A DNA stretch of 64,000 nucleotides from the human T2T-CHM13v2.0 reference genome, Homo sapiens: NCBI RefSeq assembly GCF_009914755.1, contig NC_060939.1, one strand, 5' to 3'. The notes under the pieces are model-generated. The model ran no database searches. It was not told the DNA's origin and saw nothing but the letters and a program-made list of their open reading frames with translations. Below, in pieces: positions 57,267 through 64,000 of the stretch. Made by a program: the position numbers and the translations under genes. Within the stretch, counting starts at the first letter, position 1. The number at the start of each line of letters is the position of its first letter.

Positions 57267-59634
57267 GTCCCATATGTCATGTAGGCTTTGTTTCAACTCT
57301 TTTTAAAAAAATTGTCTGACTGGATTATTTTAAAGACCTGTCTTTAAGTTCTGAAATTCTTTCTTCTGCTGGATCTAGTCTTTTGTTGAATAAATGCATT
57401 TTTTACTTCATTCAATGTATTCTTCAGTTCCAGGATATTTTGGTTATTTTATATTATAGCTATCTCTTTTGTATGTTTCTCATTTATATCCTGAATTGTT
57501 TTTCTGATTTCTTTGTATTAGTTATCTGTATTGTGTTGTTCCTTACTGACCTTATTTAATATCATTACTTTTAATTTTTCTGGTATTTGATAAATTTCTT
57601 TTTCATTGGAATATGTAGCTGCAGAATTATTGTGTTTTTTTGGAAGTGTCATATTTCCTTCCTTTGTCATGTTTCTTGTGTCCTTATCTTGGTATCTGTG
57701 CACCTGATATAACAGTTGCCTCTTCCAATTTTTTGGATTTGCTTTCATAGGGAAGGACTTCATACTGAATGTGTATCTGTGATTTTGGTTAGGTAGGGAA
57801 CATTGGCTTTGATTCTCAGTGCATGCAGTAGTGTATTATTTGTATCATTTATTTGACCATACACAGCCAAATCAGTGGTATCTGTGATTTCCTCAGTGAC
57901 TTAGGGTGTGATTCTTAGTGGAGACTGTGGCGAAGCTTTGCTTAGGATGGAGGCATCACCTGGGTGAGTCCTCAGACCCCAGTGTGAGCAGTGATGGAGC
58001 AAATGTAGCTGTTCTTGAGCCCAAGAGCAATGTACACTGGCCTCCATATTGGCAGGTCCAGGAGGGCCAATTCTTGGGTCTCCACTTGGTTTGCTCAGAT
58101 GCCAGCAGTGGCAGCAGTGGGTCAGGTTGGTGGGTGGGTCCTTGTGGCCCTGGATAGTGCGTGGATTATGGCAGTTATAGTGGTGGCTCAATGCTCTGGT
58201 TCCCAAGCCATCTGCACTGGTGTTGAACATGGCTGAGACAGGCTGGGCAAGCTGGTCTTCTGTCCCACAGGTGGTGTATAGGGGTGGGTACCTACAGTGG
58301 TGGCAACAGCAGGCTGGATGGGCCCATCTTCAGCTGCTGAGAGGAATGTTTAGGTGCAAATGCTGGTGGATAGGGCAGGACAATCCCAAGATTCCTGGAC
58401 AGCATGCTCAGGTACTAGGGGAAGTTGGAGAAAGCCAGGTTGGGAAAACCTGTCCTCAGATTTCCCCATGGTGCATAGAGGTTGGCTGTGGTCAGACGGA
58501 GTGATCCTCAGACCCCAGCAGCATGCTTTTGTGGAGATGGCTGCATCTGCACTGTGGCCCTGCTACTGCTAAGGGCCAGTTTGCTTTCAGTGTCGGCAGC
58601 CATAGGTAGCTGGCTGGGGAGTGTGCACTTTGGCCCCAGGTGGCAGCTGCCAATGGAGCAGCCACTTTTCTATGTGCATGAAAACGCACAGCAGCCCTTC
58701 TTTCTGGGAAAATAGAGTTGCTGCCAGTGGCTCACATTTAGCCCAGGTGGCAGTAGCCAGCAGCAGCAGCTCTCAGCAGGGGATGACAATGGGATTCTAA
58801 GGGTGTGGAAATGCAGAGGCTGTTGGGGCCCAGGACAGGATGCATTCTGGTGGTGGCTAGGTTCTCAAAATGGCACCATTTTGTAGCTGCTTAGGGCTTG
58901 AGTTTCCAGTATGAGGGACCAAACCTGAGCTCATTCTCTCTCTCTAAAGCAATGCCATTGCACAGTCTCCAGGCAGCTTTCTCTGTTTATCTCCGTGCCC
59001 ACAAGTGTCAAGAAACATTCCCTTGGTAGGATTGGAGGGGTCCATGGTGGGAATGTAGACTGCTAGGGATCACTCACTTACCCTTTTCCTGCACTGTTGA
59101 GTCTCACTGGGCTCCCAGATGATACTAGCTGAGCAGGCTACCTTGCTTCTCTGTCCTTCCTTCTTTTACATGTCTCCTGTCTCTTATCTGTTGAATCCTG
59201 ATGTTCTCTCTTAGAGGATCTATTGAAAGCATGACTACCAACTCACTATTTGTTAGATGCCTCTAGTCAGCCATCTTGAAATCCCTCTTCAGATGGTTAC
59301 ATAATATTCCACCAAATCCATAACCTTCAGCTTTTTAACTACACCCTATATTTGGATAATCAGGTTGTTAGATTTTTTAAGTACTGTAAATAATGCTACA
59401 GTAAAAAGTTCTTGTATTTTGCCTTTTCCTCATTTTGTTTACATCTTTGTGCAAATTATCAGGAATGAATTTACTGAGTCAAAGATGATTAACATGCTAT
59501 ACCTTTTGAAATATATTGACAAATTTTTTTCTGATGTTTTCAACAGTGTTCACTGCCACCAGCTATAAATAGATATTCTCAGTTAAGCACACTTTTGACA
59601 AAATGGAATGTAGGAATTACTTTTTTTGATATAG

Positions 59635-60615
<981 letters not shown>

Positions 60616-60992
60616 TCTCTTTTTTAAATTTTATTTATTCATTCATTCATTCATTCATTCATTCAGTAGTTTCAGGGGAACAAGTGGTGTTTGTTTACAT
60701 GGATAAGTTCTTTAGTGGTGATTTCTGAGATTTTAGTGCACCCATCACGTCAGTAGTATACACTACACCAAAACTGTAGTCTTTTATCCCTTACCACCCT
60801 TGCCCCCAAGTCTCCAGAGTTCATTATATCATTATTATGTTACATTACCATAGCTTACCTCCCACTTATAAGTGAGAACATAGGATCTTTGGTTTTCCAT
60901 TCCTGAGTTACTTCACTTAGAATAATGGTCTCCAACTCCATCTAGGTTGCTGTGAATGCCATTATTTCATTCCTTTCTATGGCTGAGTCATA

Positions 60993-61092
<100 letters not shown>

Positions 61093-62441
61093 TTTTAATC
61101 CACTCATTGGTAGATGGGCATTTAGGCTGGTTTTGTATTTTTGCAATCGCAAATTGTGCTGCTATAAGTATGCATGTGCAGTGTCTTTTTCAAATAATGG
61201 CTTAATTTTTCTCTGGGTAGATACCCAGTAGACGGATTGCTGGATCAAATGGTAGTTCTACCTTTAGTTCTTTAAGGAATCTCCATACTGTGTTTCCACA
61301 GTGGTTTTACTAGTTTACATTCCCTCTAGCAGTGTAAAAGTGTTCCTTTTCAGCACATCCACACCAACATCTGCTTTTTTTTTTTTTTTTTAATTATGGC
61401 CATTCTTGCAGGAGTAAGGTGGTACTGCACTGTGGTTTTGATTTGCATTTCCCTGATCACTAGTAATTTGAGCATTTTTTCATGTTTGTTGGCCATTTTA
61501 TATCTTATTTTGAGAATTGTCTATTCATGAACTTAGCCTGATTTTTGATGGGGTTATGATTATTATTATGATTATTATTTTGCTGATTTATTTGAGTTCC
61601 TTATAGATTCTGGATATTAGTTATTTGTCAAATGCATAGTTTGCAAAGATTTTCTCCCATTCTGTGGGATGTCTGTTTACTCTGCTGATTATTCCTTTTG
61701 TTGTGCAGAAGCTTTTTAATTTAATTAAATCCCATCTATATATCTTTGTTTTTGTTGCATTTACTTTTGGGTTCTTGGTCATGAACTCTTTGTTCGTCAT
61801 TGTCTCAAAGACTTTTTCTGATGTTATCTTCTAGAATTTTTATGGTTTCAGGTCATAGGCCTAAGTCTTTGATAAATCTTGAGTTGATTTTGCATAAGAT
61901 GAGAGATGAAGATCCAGTTTTATTCTTCTACTTGTGGCTTGCCAATTATCCCAGCACCATATGTTGAATAGGGTTTCCTTTCCCCACTTTGCCGAGCATC
62001 AGTTGGCTGTGAGGATTTGGCCTCACTTCTGGGTTCTCTATTCTGTTCCATTGGCCTACATGCCTGTTTTTCATACCAATATCATGCTGTTTTGATAATT
62101 ATAGACTTGTAGTATAGTTTGAAGTTGGGTAATGTGGTGCTTCCAGATTTGTTCTTTTTTGTTTAGTCTTGTTTTGGCTACGTAGGCTCCTTTTTGGTTC
62201 CATATGAACTTTAGGATTGTTCTTTTCTAATTCTGTGAAGAATGATGATGGTATTATGGGAATTGCATTGAATATATAGATTGCTTTTGGCAGTGTGATC
62301 ATTTTCATAATATTGGTCCTACCCATCCATGAGCATGGGATATGTTTCAATTTGTTTGTATCATCTGTTTCTTTCAGCAGTGTTTTGTAGTTTTCCTTAT
62401 AGAGATCTTTCACCTCTTTTGTTAGGTTTACTCCTATGTAT

Positions 62442-62442
62442 T

Positions 62443-62485
<43 letters not shown>

Positions 62486-62486
62486 T
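62442..62486 (+). repeat. (TTTA)n microsatellite
   Basis: Direct reading. Confidence 0.95.
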
Positions 62487-64000
62487 AGTTGTTGCAAAAG
62501 GGTTTGAGTTCTTGATTTGATTCTCATCTTGGTCACTACTGGTGTATAGCAATGCTCCTAATTTGTGTACATTGATTTTGTATCCTGAAGCTTTACTCAA
62601 TTCGTTTATCAGATCTAGGAGCTTTTTGAATGAGTTTTTAGGGTTTTCTAGGTATATGATCATATCATCAGTAAACAATGACAGTTTGACTTCCTCTTTA
62701 CTGATTCGGATGCCCTTCATTACTTTCTCTTGTCTGTCTGCTCTGACTAGGACTTCCAGTACTATGTTGAATAGAACTGGTGAAAGTGGGCATCCTTGTC
62801 TAGTTCCAGTTCTCAGATGGAATGCTTTCAACTTTTCCATGTTCAGTATAATGTTGGCTGTGGTTTGTCATAGATGGTTTTTATTACCTTAAAATATGTC
62901 CCTTCTATGCTGATTTTACTGAGGATTTTAATCAGGAAGGGATGCTGGATTTTATCAAATTCTATTTCTGTGTCTGTTGAGATGATCATATGATTATTGT
63001 TTTTAATTCTGTTTATGTGGTGTATCACATTTACTGACTTGCATATGTTAAACCAACCCTCCATCCTTGGTATGAAACCCTCTTAATTATGGCATGTTAT
63101 CTTTTTGACATGCTTTTGGATTCAGATAGCTAGTATTTTGTTAAGGTTTTTTGCATTTATGTTAATCACGGATATGTTCTGTAGTTTTCTTTTTTTATTC
63201 TGTCCTTCCCTGGTTTGGGTATTACAGTGATACTGCCTTCATAGAATGAGTTAGGGAGGACTTCTTCTTTCTCTATCTTTTGGAATAGTTTGAGTGGGAT
63301 TGGTACCCATTCTTCTTTGAATGTCTTATAGAATTCAGCTGTGAATCCATCTGGCCGTGGACTTTTTTTTGGCAATTTTTTTAAAGACTATTTTAGTCTT
63401 GCTACTTGTTCTTGCTCTGTTCCGAGTTTCTATTTTTTCCTGGTTTAATTTAGGAGGCTTGCATCTTTCCAGGATTTTATCCATATCCTCTACGTTTTCC
63501 AGTTTGTGTGCATATAGGTGTTCAAATTGCCTTGAATGATCTTTTGTATTTCTGTGGTATCAGTAGAAATATCTCCCATTTTGTTTCTAATTGAGCTTAT
63601 TTGGATCTTCTCTCTTCTTTTTCTTGGTTAATCTCACTAATGATCTTTTGATTTTGTTTATCTTTTTAAACAACCAGGTTTCTGTTTCATTTATCTTTTC
63701 TATTTTTTTGTTTCAATTTCATGTAGTTCTGCTCTGCTTTTCGTTTTTTTTTTTTTCCTTTTTTTTTTCTGCTACTGGATTTGGGTTTAGTTCGTTCTTG
63801 TTTCTCCAGTTCCTTGAGGTGTGAGCTTATATTGTCTACTTGTGCTGTTTCAGATATTTAGATGTAGGCATTTAAGCTATTAACGTTCCTTTAAGCACCA
63901 CTTTTGCTGTATCCCACAGATTTTTATTGGTTGTGTCATAATTATCATTCAGTTCAAGGAATTTTTAATTTTCCATCTTGATTTCATTGTTGATCCAAAT

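Noticed and set aside
57901-58715. Cluster of overlapping ORFs in GC-richer sequence
   Set aside because: Lies in the old L1 5' UTR; higher GC explains the lack of stops, and there are no recognisable motifs

Overview
This is primate (human/hominoid-type) genomic DNA, AT-rich and dominated by repeats. One host coding exon is recognisable: an 86-nt internal exon at 20816-20901 (+) encoding [28 protein letters not shown], which I recognise from memory as the MUN-domain region of Munc13, most likely UNC13C. I found no other exon, so the rest reads as two long introns filled with transposable elements. These include a full-length but inactive L1PA4/5-like element (minus strand) nested in a near full-length old L1MA, sense-strand L1PA7/8-like elements, L1PB/L1PA15-16/L1M fragments, eight Alus or Alu fragments, THE1/MST/MLT1/ERV LTRs, L2, MIR and MER5 fragments, and microsatellites. 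I found no convincing new biological system. The most unusual observations are: (1) a 71-bp inverted copy of nearby unique sequence inserted into an L1, with a 7-bp duplication; (2) an open ORF0 with a retained splice donor, pointing in the host sense direction; (3) two twin-primed 5'-inverted L1s, one of them very ancient; (4) several fold-back and template-switch scars; (5) a CpG-retaining patch in an old LTR. Repeat subfamily names and most repeat boundaries are by-eye calls from remembered consensus sequences, not database results.
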